Under the pieces are notes generated by a model. It saw only the letters and a list, made by a program, of their open reading frames with translations, was not told where the DNA came from and did not search any database. From positions 62,001 to 126,000 of the forward strand of contig RDEW01000041.1 in NCBI GenBank assembly GCA_011109175.1: a stretch of DNA of 64,000 nucleotides, written 5' to 3'. Source of the stretch: Dicyema japonicum (taxonomy: Eukaryota; Animalia; Dicyemida). Below are positions 26,488 through 39,539 of this stretch, in pieces (the first letter of the stretch is position 1; every line of letters begins with the position of its first letter). The position numbers and the translations under genes are program-made.

Positions 26488-26569
26488 AAGATTAGTTGCC
26501 CACAACGAACTAAAATTTTAATATATACAAAATGAATAATATTTTATTTATTTAAAATTAATTTTTAAT

Positions 26570-26854
26570 TTATATTAAATTATAATAATAATTAATTTTC
26601 TTTAATCTGTTTAGCTTTTCTAAAATAAACTCAACTGGGTTATCAGGTCTGTAGTACACAATGTCCGTAGTTAAATCATTCAGAAGCCGAATAATTTTCT
26701 TTCTTTCTATATACTCAATGGCTGCATTAAAAGGGTCCTCGTTCACTAGATCGTCCTCTTGAGTCGTCTCCTCTGACTCGCCCACTGAAATGTTCTCAAT
26801 GTCCGTAGAGGAGTTCTCTGATAATTCTGCCTCATTTGTTTCATTATTTTCCAT
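26570..26854 (-). CDS. Small acidic protein with RIIa/Dpy-30-like docking domain (TEX55/EFCAB10-like)
   Basis: EDPFNAAIEYIERKKIIRLLNDLTTDIVYYRPDNPVEFILEKL follows the DPF...Y.E...I..L...L.Y..P.DP..F pattern; intact 94-aa ORF. Confidence 0.75.
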   Translation of the reverse strand: MENNETNEAELSENSSTDIENISVGESEETTQEDDLVNEDPFNAAIEYIERKKIIRLLNDLTTDIVYYRPDNPVEFILEKLNRLKKINYYYNLI

Positions 26855-26989
26855 TTGTTATGGAAACTGTAATTATTTTAAATTATTTATTTTAATTTTA
26901 ATAAATTAATTGGCAAATCAAAAAATAAATTTTGGGCTACTTTTTTCTTACTGTTTTGTTATTATAACAATTCGCTAAGAGACTTTTGA

Positions 26990-27245
26990 TTATAAGGCCG
27001 CGTGGTGTCATGTGTTGATTGAAGATTTCTTTTCCTTTTCTCTGGTTATATTATTAGATCCATCTTAATCAGGAGACGCCCGATGCCTGGCTGGAATTCA
27101 AAAGGATTCCTGCAGAAGACAATCTCGTTTCCTGCCAACAAGTTCTGTAGTCGACCACAGCCCCCGGACAACTTCATTTGGATCACTGTGCCTGGGTGAA
27201 GGCTCTGCTGGAACGCGTCAGGATCAAGGAATTAGTTAGTTATAC
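26990..27245 (+). mobile_element. Ingi/Jockey-like LINE 3' fragment
   Basis: AAW...HLNQET coding remnant ending ...LLERVRI and ATTAGTTAG. Confidence 0.55.
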
Positions 27246-28369
27246 CCATCTAAATTTTATTTATTAAATTATTGTTATTAGCACTTTCACGAGACCCATA
27301 ATATTTATATGCAATTAGTTTGCCTGCTCCAAGCTCTTCTGTTCTCAGCCTGGTCCCTCAGTGTGTCCAGATCGACAATTAAATTCACAAAGAAAAAGCG
27401 CCATAAAAGTAAACCACCATATCCATGACCCTAATAATTAATCGACTTGACCTTAAATGAAAAACACCATTCTATCGAAATTTGTACTAAAAATACACTT
27501 TTATTTAATAAATTACCATATTGATCTAAATTGGTATTTTTATTAGTATTTGTTATAATTTGGCAATTTCTTAAACTAGCATATAAAAGTGCTCATAGAT
27601 GGGCTCTGAGAGATGACACATAGGACTGTAGTAGGCATGAAGGAAGCATTATGTGAGTAGTGTTGGACATGACCCCCAAGAATGGCAGTTTTGATTCAAT
27701 CTTCAGGCCATAAATTTCACTTCAAAAATCTCATTTATGCTTACTTGATTACGCTGTATTTAGTACCAGTTAATTACCAGTTAATTTGATTACCTTAAAT
27801 ACCAGTTGAGTGGTTTATTGGGGAAAGGTAGAGATGGTGAAATACCTCCTTAGCACTGGAGATCTGCTAAGCTTCATGGCGGCTGAAGACCCTTGTCTCA
27901 TTTCTTCTAGTATCGATGGAAGAGGTGATAGATTTACTAGAAATCGGAACCCCCAAGTTCTGAACAAAAGAAATGCCGTGTTCACAAAGGATTCGGTTTG
28001 AATCCCGTCAAGCCGATATTGAAATAATCCATAAAAATCATCAGTCAGAAGCACCATTTATATGGTTATATGTCGAGATCCACACTCGTTACCGCACCCG
28101 AGTCGTTACCACTTGACCTACTTTGATTTGAATTATAAACCAAGTTAACATCATTATATGACATTTTGATAAAATGAGGATTAGTCGATCATGACTAGAG
28201 ATGAATTCAATAAAATTATATTCATGTGGAACACAAATTTATGGATTAAAGTCTAACGAAAGGTCAAGACATAAAAAGACAGAATTATTTTATTTGCAAG
28301 ATTCCAAAATTTACATAAAAAATCATGAGATTACCACTGGATTTGAGAAGTTATGGAGGGACATTAATT

Positions 28370-28520
28370 GACGGTGACCATAACCCACGGGTCATCGACT
28401 GGCTACTCTAATGAGGAAAGTTACATGGAGAAAACTGGTATACCGGATATTGAAGAGTAGGGAACAAGGGGACCCTGAGTATTCATATGCTTATGGGTAA
28501 CGCGGGATTGCATTTAAGTA
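28370..28520 (+). mobile_element. RTE-family 3' tip
   Basis: WRKL..ILKSREQG then GTATTCATATGCTTATGGGTAACGCGGG. Confidence 0.7.
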
Positions 28521-28559
28521 ACTTATCTAACATGAAATTCCTTTTCAGTGTGTCCCTTG

Positions 28560-29320
28560 ACGCATGTCGTGCGAATCCTCTTGTGCGTCTTACAATGCAT
28601 CAGAATGACAATGAAGATGGAAAAAATCGTCGATAGGGGGAAGCGCTCTATAAAGGTGTTCAGCATAAAATTTAAAACAATTTGAAATCTACCGTTACTC
28701 TATTCACTCGCGACCCTCCCAGTTAAATTTCTACCCAATTATAACCATTCTTGGAGAAGCACTTCCCTCACGAAACATCTCGAAATACTTCAAGTCAAAT
28801 TCGATTAACCACCAACATTTTCTAAACACTTCGACAAACAAAGGTCTTTCAAAAAATCAATATAATGAAAGCTGTTTCAGACCAGTCTTTCGGCCAAAGC
28901 AGAAAAGCCCTAACAATTGCATATAATTCATTCCAAACACAGTTAACCATGGAAGTCCTTGTTGATCAACGAATGACTCCTCAATTCTACCGAAAAAATA
29001 CAAAAAGTCCAAAACATCGTGGTCAGGAGGATGACTGGATGTTCCACATCAACCTTCTATTGATCATCTTCAACGGGATTCAAAATCATCATCTACAGTT
29101 CCTCTCCCAAAACTTCAATCCAGACTATCACAATCACTCTTTTTTCTAAATCCCCGAAGAAAACTCATTATGGCGTGATTCTCTTGTCTGTCTCGAATGC
29201 TATTTTGGCGTGATTCTTGGAATGATGGGTCTCACTCATACAGTGGGAACTGGGTATACCTTAATTGGAGTTAATTATCTCTTAACTTCTTTCTGGTATA
29301 TCAGGGGTTATTAAAATAAA
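28560..29320 (+). mobile_element. Ingi/Jockey-like LINE C-terminal fragment (family C)
   Basis: KSTVTLFTRD and INIMKAVSDQSFGQSRKALTIAYNSF resemble post-RT regions of the other copies. Confidence 0.6.
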
Positions 29321-30989
29321 TAAAAATTTTTTAGAACTCTAGGTATTTATCCCCCCACTGCCTCTCACAATAGCAATCGAGATTATCTGGAGGAGCTACT
29401 GGGTTTTTCACGCGTGATCCGACGTCCAAGGTTCTTGAGACATACATAGAAAAAAATCACATAGTATTCTAGTTCTGATCTTTTTGCAGTCTTTTGGAAT
29501 TTGTGGCGACTGATCTATGACGCACGTAATTGTCTAATTAATAAATATTTATTATTCAAATAATTATTATATCTCCCTATTCTCCATTACACTACTCATT
29601 ACATACCTTCCTTCGTTTTACAGTTGCTGTTCACTCAAACAGTTTGGTTACATGAGCGGTTTCATCTTTTCGTTCAAAATACTTTCGTTAGCGGGAATAA
29701 GTCCTTATGACTACTCAGGTTTATCGATTTGGAGAGAATAATGGATGTATTCGATGTAAATTTGGAATATATTAAATTCGTGACGACGAGTGAGGCTTGA
29801 GGAGTGACGCCGTACTGCGGAACTGGATTGTCTAAAGGGACTCAGACGCGACCGACAAGAAAAGAAGTTAAGAACATTCTTAATACCTGATCCCCTTCCT
29901 ATGATTAATTAACAATCTTCTCTTCTTAAAATAAACTGTTTTCTGCTCAAGTGGAGGTTTATTAGTGGAAACGCCATTACGCCTCCACAAAATGGCTATT
30001 ATACTGTTTCGGATAGAAGTATCAGTGATGACGTGCTATTCTGATATCATCACTTTAGTTCTATGTCCCACTACATAAGATTTGTGAAGAAGGTAATGTG
30101 TCTCAATGACGCGGAAGAAAGAGTCAAATGAAACGATAGCCCATCCGGACTATCTGTTTCGAGTAAATGCTCTATTCGTTTCGAGTAATGCTCGATCCAT
30201 TTATTATGAAAGAACCACTCTTCCATTCTGGGCTCTTGACCTTTCGCACCTTCAAAAAATTCTCGCTTTTTAATTGGTTCGCTTTTAAGTGTAGATAAAA
30301 AAACAAAATACATTCAAAAATGGTTAGAAAAACTGGAATAATAAAAAAACCCTGGGATTATAATATGCTGATTTCGACACTCCCCTGAGGAATAATAACG
30401 TGGTGTCACTTGATCCACCTTTTGCGGTGAACTAATGAACACAAAATAGAGCCATTGAAAATGTGATTAAGGAGACTCGTTCAATTCTAAGTAGTGAAGA
30501 GGACATTTAGCATGTTTGTTGGAAGCATGCATGAAGCTAAAACATTGAAAAAAGTAATTCGTCTGACCACCTTTTCTAGGGTTTCTGAACATTTAGGCAA
30601 AATAGTAGAGATCAGGTGGCTTAGTAGTGAGTTCCGGTCACTTCAGGCGAAGGAAACCGGTGGTTGACAAAAAGTTAACGCTCAAAAACGGACTCTCCCA
30701 GGAATCCATCTGGTGTTGCACAGAACTCGAGGGTAGACTTCTTGAGGCTGAAAGTAAGGAAAGTTACCAAAAATCAACACAAACGATGAATGATTGGTTG
30801 GAATTTATAGAATTTATAATTAAGGAATATATAATTAAGAACGCTTTGAAGGAATTCCGTTCTAAGAATAGCCACTGGTGTAGGACACCACGTTATTGAC
30901 TTTCTTCGTGATGCCTAGTAGCTCCTCCAGTTGATCTCTCGTTGCTATAGTGAGAGGCATCGCCGCAATTATGTCGAGGGGGTCAATTG

Positions 30990-31310
30990 TCATTTATTTA
31001 ACAGCCCAAGACCACGGCAAAATCAAACTAATTATCACGTGATCCCGACGCGTTCCATAAGAGACTCATCTTGGCCCGGTGTTCCTCCCTCGTGCACGTG
31101 CATGAGCGTACTGGGTGGCTGACTGAATTTACTGAGCCGCATTCTGAAGTTCAGTCTCATAAGGGCTTCCAGAGGAATCGGTCCGGTTCGATGGTCCCCA
31201 CAAATCCACAGCTCCGTAACTCTGAAAGCCCTCTTTTGTATTTCATCGATCCTCCTCATATTTGTCAATGATAAGGGCGGTCCTCACGAGGCGCATGCAT
31301 ATGAGAAACT
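30990..31310 (-). mobile_element. LINE family B 3' fragment
   Basis: MRRIDEIQKRAFRVT...MERVGIT*, then the shared 3' UTR and TAAAT tail. Confidence 0.8.
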
Positions 31311-31418
31311 GGTATTTAACGAAAGTAACAAATTAAATTAAATTTAAAGTTTACCAATATAATAAAATATGTTAATATAAATTTAAAAATAAAATGAATT
31401 TTATAAAAATTTCGTAAG

Positions 31419-31981
31419 ATGGTTTATGAAGGTTGGAATTGTAAATAAATAAGGTGGAAATTGTGAGGAAGAATTATTCGAAGTAGAAAAAATCCTCGAA
31501 AGAAAGATTCTGAAGGTTAGATCAGTTTTATGACTTTAAGGGAATCCCTTATTATCTGATCAAATGGAATGGATGGCCAGCGAGGTTAGGTGCTTAATTT
31601 ATTCCTAAGCAATAACACGTGGGAACCTGAAGAGAACATTTATAATAGAGATTTGATTGACGACTTTTTGGAGTACATTTTTCATTTTAACTTAAAGTCG
31701 CAAGGAAAGAACTCGGCGAAAGAGAATGAAGAGAAAGGTTGGAAGGAAGGGTAACGTTTAGAGGAATCCAAAAGTGAAGACCAATGTCAAGAAGGAGAAA
31801 ACTATTCAGACTTTGGAGAAATCTCAAGGCATGTCTAATTTTATTGATATTAGAGAATTTGTGGTTTCCTACTTTGGAGTACTGGGACCGTGTGAAGAAC
31901 TCCCGTATCATCTCAATTCCGAATGATTCTGATGATTCCGAACCGTACACAAATATTGCTATGATTGATGACATTAGTTAG
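31419..31981 (+). CDS. Chromodomain protein, Polycomb(CBX)-like, ~138 aa, 6 introns
   Basis: EELFEVEKILERKILKGIPYYLIKWNGWPASNNTWEPEENIYNRDLIDDFL. Introns 31432-31453, 31516-31540, 31585-31609, 31673-31697, 31738-31761 and GC-AG 31829-31853. The last two exons are less certain. Confidence 0.82.
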
Positions 31982-32049
31982 ATTTTTATACCAAACATGT
32001 GCCTTGAACATAATATTATTTATTTCCTTAATTATTTTCAGTACTAGGA

Positions 32050-33010
32050 TCTCGTGATTGGTTATTTTGGTGAACAAATAAGTTATTCCTTTTAGAAGAT
32101 CTCAAAGGATCCTTGGGGTGATTTTTGACATTTACATGTCATTCTCGCCCCATTTTGAAAACGTCATAACAAAATACGAAAAGAAAACTAATGTTTTGAA
32201 ATGTCTCACAGGCTTATGGAAGTATGGAAATCATACTGTTTTGAGTACTATATACAAACGATATATTGAACCATGCATTTCTTACCCATGGGCCCATTCA
32301 TCTCTTGACAAATGTCTTGAAGATCGAGGCTAGCCGAAAAAGAGCCTCTAAAATCACGGAACGCTACAGAGTTCCAGCCACCAATTCCTCTTAAGCCATG
32401 ATATGAATGAACCACGGAACGTGCCGTCGTGACTGCGAAGATCCAGCCACTCGACCGATACGTGCTTGTGTGGAATCGAGGGAGGAGCATCAGGCCAAGA
32501 TGAAGTCCCTGCTAGAGCGTGCTGGGATCACGTGTTTAGTTAGTTTGTGCAACCGTGGTCTCTGGTGTTATCATTATTTAGTAGTAATTGGTTATTGGGG
32601 GACCAAAATTCCCTATTGCTACCAATTGTGCTTTCGATTCGGTGTTCTTATGTCTCTGTCTCCACATGAATTGTGTGAAATAACTCTTGAGATGGTGTCG
32701 TGTGGTTCCCACCTCCCAATTGTTCCGCCGTTTAACAATACCCCACATTCTGTAATAATTTAATGAGATTAGAACCTTTCTATATGCATGGTGAGGTCAC
32801 TACTCTGCCTAATAGCCACCTCTAATAAACCATGAACAAATACCTTGAAAACCGTCCTAGATACGAGATAACCACATGTCCTTCCTGATGAGCTATCCAG
32901 GATTCTCGTCCACGTGGAATAGGACCCCCCCCTCTATCGGTCTAGTGTCAGTTAGTTGAGAACTTTCTCTTTTCCCTTAACCTGTGGTAATAACTGACTT
33001 TATTGTTCTC
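32050..33010 (+). mobile_element. LINE family B 3' part (32050-32580) and family C 3' tip (32700-33010)
   Basis: LGVIFD..MSF, LSTIYKRYIEP, EEHQAKMKSLLERAGIT; 32880-32990 is homologous to 59030-59140. Confidence 0.75.
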
Positions 33011-34899
33011 TCAGTCTGTCTACTCCGTTTACCATTGCAACTTCCACAGAGGACTCCCTTCGAACACTAAACTTGAGACCTTATGCATGGATTCCTCAAT
33101 GAACTGCAGAGACGTGCGAGGAGGAAAGTATCACTCAATCAGGTTTTGACTTCTTTCTTGGTGATCCTGGGACTCTCATCAATCATAAAGCTATGTAAAC
33201 ATTCAGTGCAATGGAGGTCTTCACCACCTCAACCTTTCGACCAATTAACAACTTGACTAAAAATTAGTGATTATAGGTGGAGATTTTTTATGGTTCAAGG
33301 TGGAGCATTTGTGGATTGTCCGTATCCCAAACCTCATGGATTTTTTGAATCCAACTCGCCATCCTTCTTGCGTGAAATCGGATCGTTTATAGCTGACTTT
33401 TTTTATTTTTTTATTTATTGAACCAAAACCACCGTCATATCCAAAATAAACAAAATTTCAGGTGATCCCAGCCTCCCTCAACAGATTGAGGCTGATACCG
33501 GTTTTTTGTTATATTTCTTTGATAAAATTGAAAGATTACGAAATTCGTTAATTTTTTAGTCATAAATATAAGTCACTTGTTTGATGAACCGAATGAGACA
33601 TATTTTGCTTAAGTTTTTTCGCTTGTCTATTGAACGTATTATGAGATTGAGGTACTTCTGAGATTCCTAGCTTTTCACTTTGCATAAATTTGTCTCTCAG
33701 AAATTGTCACTGCAATGAACGTGAGCAATTTGTTTGACAGTTTATTTTACAAAAAGTTAGTAGGGAAAGCCGTACTAACCATTCAAAAACTTGTACATTA
33801 CTTTTGGAATTCTTGGCTCCATCAGACTATGGAGACCGTTTCACTGACCGACTTGCAGGAGCATGGAAGAGTGAACCTTGGATGAATCATCGCGTCTTCC
33901 ATGATATTAGTCTTGGGGTAACTCTCAATCCTTTAAAGTCTTTTCAAAATGGATGTAACCCGACGTTTCACTTTTTTTGAGGATGGGCGAAATGGTGGAT
34001 TCAAGAGGCATTAGATACATGAAGTTTCGAAACGAGGGACCGTTGAATTCACTACAGTTTGGGTTAGAATCTCTTGCGACACAAAATTTGAGTAATTTAG
34101 CAAGTTAATTTTGAAGAGGACTGAGGATATTATTAGTTTACATTATCAACTCCCAAAAAATTCATAATAATAATCGCTAGATACATTTGAAGCTACTGGT
34201 TCTCGTTTCGTGTGTTTTGATGCTATATTGGAACGATATACAAAAAGTCCTTGTCTTTTCAAACGAGTCGCTCCCAAGTGGCCCTAGCTGATTTTGATTG
34301 TTACCGTGAAGGAAATTATGTTGATGGACATAAGTAAATTTTTTTGTCGTCATGGAATAAAATTTAAATAAATAAATAGAATTAATCTTAATTTATGATA
34401 TTCCGATTTTTTTGTGATCTTCGGTTCGCTTGGAAACACAGCTTCGGAGGAAACAGCTGACCATTCAGCGACCTGAATTATGACATTGTCTAATTTTAAT
34501 AAAAAACATTTATTATTATGCTGGGAACTTTCAGCGTCGTGGAAGAGATGACGGACGCTTTTCTCTTAGTATCGGACGAAGGAAGAGATTCGAGCTCCAC
34601 GAAGAACCTCGGTTGAGGCAGAGGCTCGAAATGACTGCGATCAGAGGAAACGGCTTCGCAATCCTGGTCTCCTAACTAAAAGACTTTATTGTTGTCTTTT
34701 TTAATAAAAACAAATAAATGACATTTCTTGTTGAATTTATGCCTTAAAGGGTCTAATTATCATTTGTGGTTAAAAAACCTTTGTTTATTAAAAAAATTCA
34801 AATTTATTCAAACAAAACATTTTATTTGAGTTTTGATAAATAAATTTTTGTTTACAAAACATCGAACAAATCAGACTTTAGCTGCCAAGAAACTATGTT

Positions 34900-36530
34900 A
34901 AGAAGCTCGGAGCTATCTACAATCACGGGGGATCTCTGAATCACATTGTTTATTTATGGATCACATGACACCACTCTAGTAGGAAAGGGAAAAGAAGTAA
35001 CAGACAAAACAAACAGAAATCTTCAACCAATTAAATAATATTTATCGTTCCTAATTTTGAATCCTGATGTTACTTATCCTTACTAACCATTTGTTTTGGT
35101 GGATGATCTCAAATACTTGTCCAAAAGGGGATACTTACAATGGTAGATGCTTCCGGATAAAGAACCTTCTGGATAGAGAACTTCGGATCTATCGACGCTG
35201 CGGTCAGATACCTCAACGAGATTATACTCCGAGCTCGCAAAAGATACATTGATGGGTCGTCCTCAACGTCCATCACACCCAAATTGATGCTGAAACGCGA
35301 GATCTAATCCAAACGAGAAATAAGCTCAAGAAATTCTAAAGACAATCCGTGGACGTAACTTAAAGGATATCAAAACTGAATAAAGAAATCACGCGGAAAA
35401 TCACAAAACACAACAAAGAACGTTAGGAATCCTTGCTCAGAAAAGCTACGAATAATACTTCCCCCACTGTATTATGGAAATCGATAAGGAGGCTCAAGAA
35501 GTGCTCTCCACATTTAATTGGACCCCGAAAACCATGTCCATATCCCAATGACATTATGAAGTACTATGTGAATATTAGTCATAAACCATATTCAAAAGAC
35601 CTGATCTTCGCTCAGGCCATGGTCGAAGGAATAAATGTCCTAAAAATTTTTACGACGTCGATCCACCATAATTTCAAGTCATGGTTGGCTAACTTCATCA
35701 ACGGTGGCAAACAATCAAAAATCAAAACCGCGATACCTTCCAAATGGAGTTCCACAAAGATCACCGTTGTCTCTAATGCTCTTCAACATGTTCATCACTG
35801 ACCTACCATCCCCAACCACCCAAAACACAATTCTTTTATCGTATATGGATGATCTCATGGTCACAGTGAAACATCGAAGAATCGAGTAGGCGACACGGTC
35901 CATTCAAAATCTACTAAACCTGATGGTTTTTGAAGAACCGCCTGAATATATCACCAGGAAAGTCACATGTAATGACGTTTACCTCAGCACGAAAAGAAAT
36001 ACGGGCAACACCACGAATAACATTGTATGATTTTCCGCTCCCCATTAAGAATACCCTTTCAATCCTTGGAGTCATCCTGGATCCCTACTAACATTTACCC
36101 ATCAAGTGGACCTAGTAACCGCAAGATCCAAAAGAAAATTAAAAATTCTCAAGGCTTTCACTCATTCACCAGTATCTTCCAGCCAATCGTTTGAGCTTCT
36201 ATACAAACAATTTGTTCTACCTAGTATCGAGTACGCCTGTGCTGCATGGATTCCTCCGTTATCAATATCGGCACAGAGTAAGCTGGAGGTTTTACAAAAT
36301 CGATGTCTCAGGATTCTATTGAGATCGTCGAAAAAGACGTCTACCTCGTTACTACGGAGAACACTAAACGTCCCCCAATCATGGAATACCTTACGGAACG
36401 TCACCGAGACTTGCTCAAGATGACAAAGTCCCCTGACCATCCCCTTGGGCCGGGTATCAAACTATATATGGACGTCTGTCTGAGATATGAGAAGAAGCTT
36501 GAAATACGAGGACATCATCAGTCGTCTTGA
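34900..36530 (+). mobile_element. Ingi/Jockey-like LINE (family C), internally deleted
   Basis: NGVPQRSPLSLMLFN, LLSYMDDL, LGVILD, YKQFVLPSIEYACAAW and KLEVLQNRCLR. Confidence 0.8.
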
Positions 36531-37544
36531 GGAAAAGTCTTATGAGTAGTGAACACATGCATAGAATAAAGGTGTCTGATGAAGAGTTATCTCTGCTCCA
36601 ACCAACTTATGGAACTGGCATGTGGTATTTCAGAGGACATCTCATTAGAGAAGAGAGACGATCGAAACGTTTATTATTTCTTTAGTCGCCTACTCAGGTT
36701 AGATGGAAGCAACAAGGGGATGTATCTGTTATAAGGATCCTAAGAGTGTCACCGTCGTTACCGGTGTCACCGACTGAGAGTGTCGCCGTATTTACCAGTT
36801 AATGGACAAACAAACTTATTGACTACTTAATTGACATTAGGTAAGAAAACACCATTTAAATATATAAACCCAATAAATAATTATAAAACTTGTAGAATTC
36901 ACTCCTTCGATGACTTCATCAGGAAACAGGGCCCACAGTTCCTTACCCACGTGCATCTGTCAAAAAATGTGTGGAGAAAACACAAGAGAGGTATTCCGAG
37001 GGATCACATAATGGGCGTATCTTTAGTAAAGTCTAAAATGTTTTCTCAGCGCCTGGCCAATGTCCGAGTATTATTTGCTTTGGTTTTATTTTTAATTATA
37101 AATTTATTTACAAAAGTCTTTTTAAGTAAGGAAACAGGAGGAAGTTCATTGTCACCACATCTGATGGAAGAGATCTGGAAACTGTAGCTCGTCCCGTAGC
37201 CACTGCCAAAAAACTAATTGGTAGTTGCTTTCTATGGAAGAGAGGGTGGGTCTGACCGCTACAAATTTAAGCAGTTTTCTCCATAACATGTGACCCACGT
37301 GAAAATCTGTTTCTAGTCACGAAAACTTTCTCGAGACAGCTGGAGTGATAAATGGGAAGATTATCCTTTTCCAAGAACCTGGTACGTTTGGTCACACTCA
37401 GAAGCTGTGAAACCCAATGGCTTCCCCAGTTGATCTTGATTGTTTTCATGAGGGGTAACACCGCATCAGTTATAGTCATAATTGTTTATTTTGACCTTGC
37501 CTCTAAATACGAAATGAAAAATGAAAAATTCTAAAGACGACAGT

Positions 37545-37700
37545 AAAACCAAACTAACTACTCACGTGATCCCGGCACGCTCCACCAGAGACCTCATGTT
37601 CCTGTCTCGACCTTACACTATCACGTATCAGCCGTACAAATAAATGGTCGTAGTCGCACAGCTCTCTCCTCGGTTCAGGCAGATTAGGAAATCCAGAGGC
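37545..37700 (-). mobile_element. LINE family B 3' tip
   Basis: Reverse complement reads ATGAGGTCTCTGGTGGAGCGTGCCGGGATCACGTGAGTAGTTAGTTTGG. Confidence 0.7.
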
Positions 37701-37875
37701 ATGAAGAACGTAAAGTCCACATGGAAAAAAAGCAAATTCAGAAAAATTTAGGTAGTATCCTTATTATCGAGATATTTACAAAATTAAACTGATAACTATG
37801 GCAACTACAAATATGACCTAAAAATGATTGAAATATGACCTTAAAAATATAACTTTAAGACCTTAAAAATTAAAT

Positions 37876-38900
37876 ATGACCTAATTTTGTGGAGTTAATG
37901 TTTTTAAATTATTTTATTAAAATTTGTTGAAATAAAGCATCATATAATTTTTAAAATTTTCAGCATTAAAGTTTCTATCCTTTGCGAGCATTTTATTGGA
38001 AAAACTTTTTTCTACCGAGCATTCTATTTAAGTAGAAAAAACTCCTTAGTTGTGATAACTAATTGAAACCTTAAATTTGAATGATCATAACAAATTTTAG
38101 CTTAAAACGATTTAAAAAATGAAAAACGTCTAATTATTTTTAATTCGTAATTTTGAAAGGGACCGATCACTCGACCTCTTCTATTTTCAACCCTTTCACA
38201 CATAATCACTTTGACTCAAAATAAATTTTTTGTTTTTAGGGATAGGGATCGATCACTCGACCTCTTCTATTTTCACTCTCCCCCTCTTAATCGTTTTATT
38301 ATTTCAAAATAAAAATTTTTCGTTTTTTGAGGAAAAGGGACCGATCCTTCGACTTCATCTATATTTTCAACTTTCCTCCTCTTAATCGCTTTATTTTCAA
38401 AATAACAATTTTTCGTCTTTTTTGAGAGAAAAGGGACCGATCCTTCGACTTCATATATTTTTAACTCTTCCCCTTTTAATCGCTTTTATCTCAAAATAAA
38501 AATTTTTCGTNATGACCTAATTTTGTGGAGTTAATGTTTTTAAATTATTTTATTAAAATTTGTTGAAATAAAGCATCATATAATTTTTAAAAATTTTCAC
38601 CATTAAAGTTTCTATCCTTTGCGAGCATTTTATTGGAAAAACTTTCTACCGAGCATTCTATTTAAGTAGAAAAAACTCCTTACTTAGTTGTGATAACTAA
38701 TTGAAACCTTAAATTTGAATGATCATAACAAATTTTAGCTTAAAAAGATTTAAAAAATGAAAAACGTTTAATTATTTTTTAATTCGTAATTTTGAAAGGG
38801 ACCGATCACTCGACCTCTTCTATTTTCAACCCTTTTCACATATAATCACTTTATTGACTCAAAATAAATTTTTTGTTTTTAAGGGAAAAGGGACCGATCC
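37876..38900. repeat. Degenerate ~86-96-bp tandem array (GGGACCGATC core) inside a block duplicated across a single N
   Basis: Cores at 38159, 38245, 38337, 38433, 38798 and 38890; 37876-38245 is repeated from 38512; N at 38511. Confidence 0.85.
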
Positions 38901-39539
38901 CTAGAAGCAAAACGTACAGGTGTTAATGTTTTCAAGTGATAAATTTGTCTTATCAACAACCCGGACGCTATGACATACGACGTCGAGGGATTCGAACCAA
39001 GACATTTCTTGAATCTTCTAAATATACTTTTGTTGCAATATATTCATTTTCTATTCATTTGCGATTAAAGCACCTTGTATAATGAAAGATATGAAAAAGT
39101 CATAATTTAAACCTCGAGACTGGAGGAATAAGCAGAAAATCGCTTCGTTTTCTTGTAATGCTTGGACGTCAGGCTACACGCAAAAGCCACAGCGCACATG
39201 AGACTCAGTGGTATCTCCAGTTGATCTCCACTGCAACAGTGTTCCTTATCACTGTACAGCTACTGTATTAGCGTGTTCGATTTGGAGCCTCCTAGATTTG
39301 AAAAAATGGAAAATTTGGCAGAAATGACTTACAAAATCAACGAAGCCAGCACTAAGGAAGACAAAGTTGAGTGGGTGTCAAAATTTGGAAGACTACCTCG
39401 AGGTAGATAGCCCTCAACTAAAACATTCAATGATAAATTTCATACGTTCGAGTCCGTAGCAAACGTGAAGAGTTTGATGAAATCCAAATCAAAGTGTCCT
39501 ATTGCTCAAAAGGATCGGGAAAAATTGTCAGACTGAGGC

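Noticed and set aside
36831-37479. Multi-exon gene on either strand
   Set aside because: Several incompatible splice paths and no recognisable motif; not supportable without transcripts.
37876-38900. Block duplication as a real segmental duplication
   Set aside because: The copies meet at a single N and differ by small indels; most likely two haplotypes or overlapping contigs.
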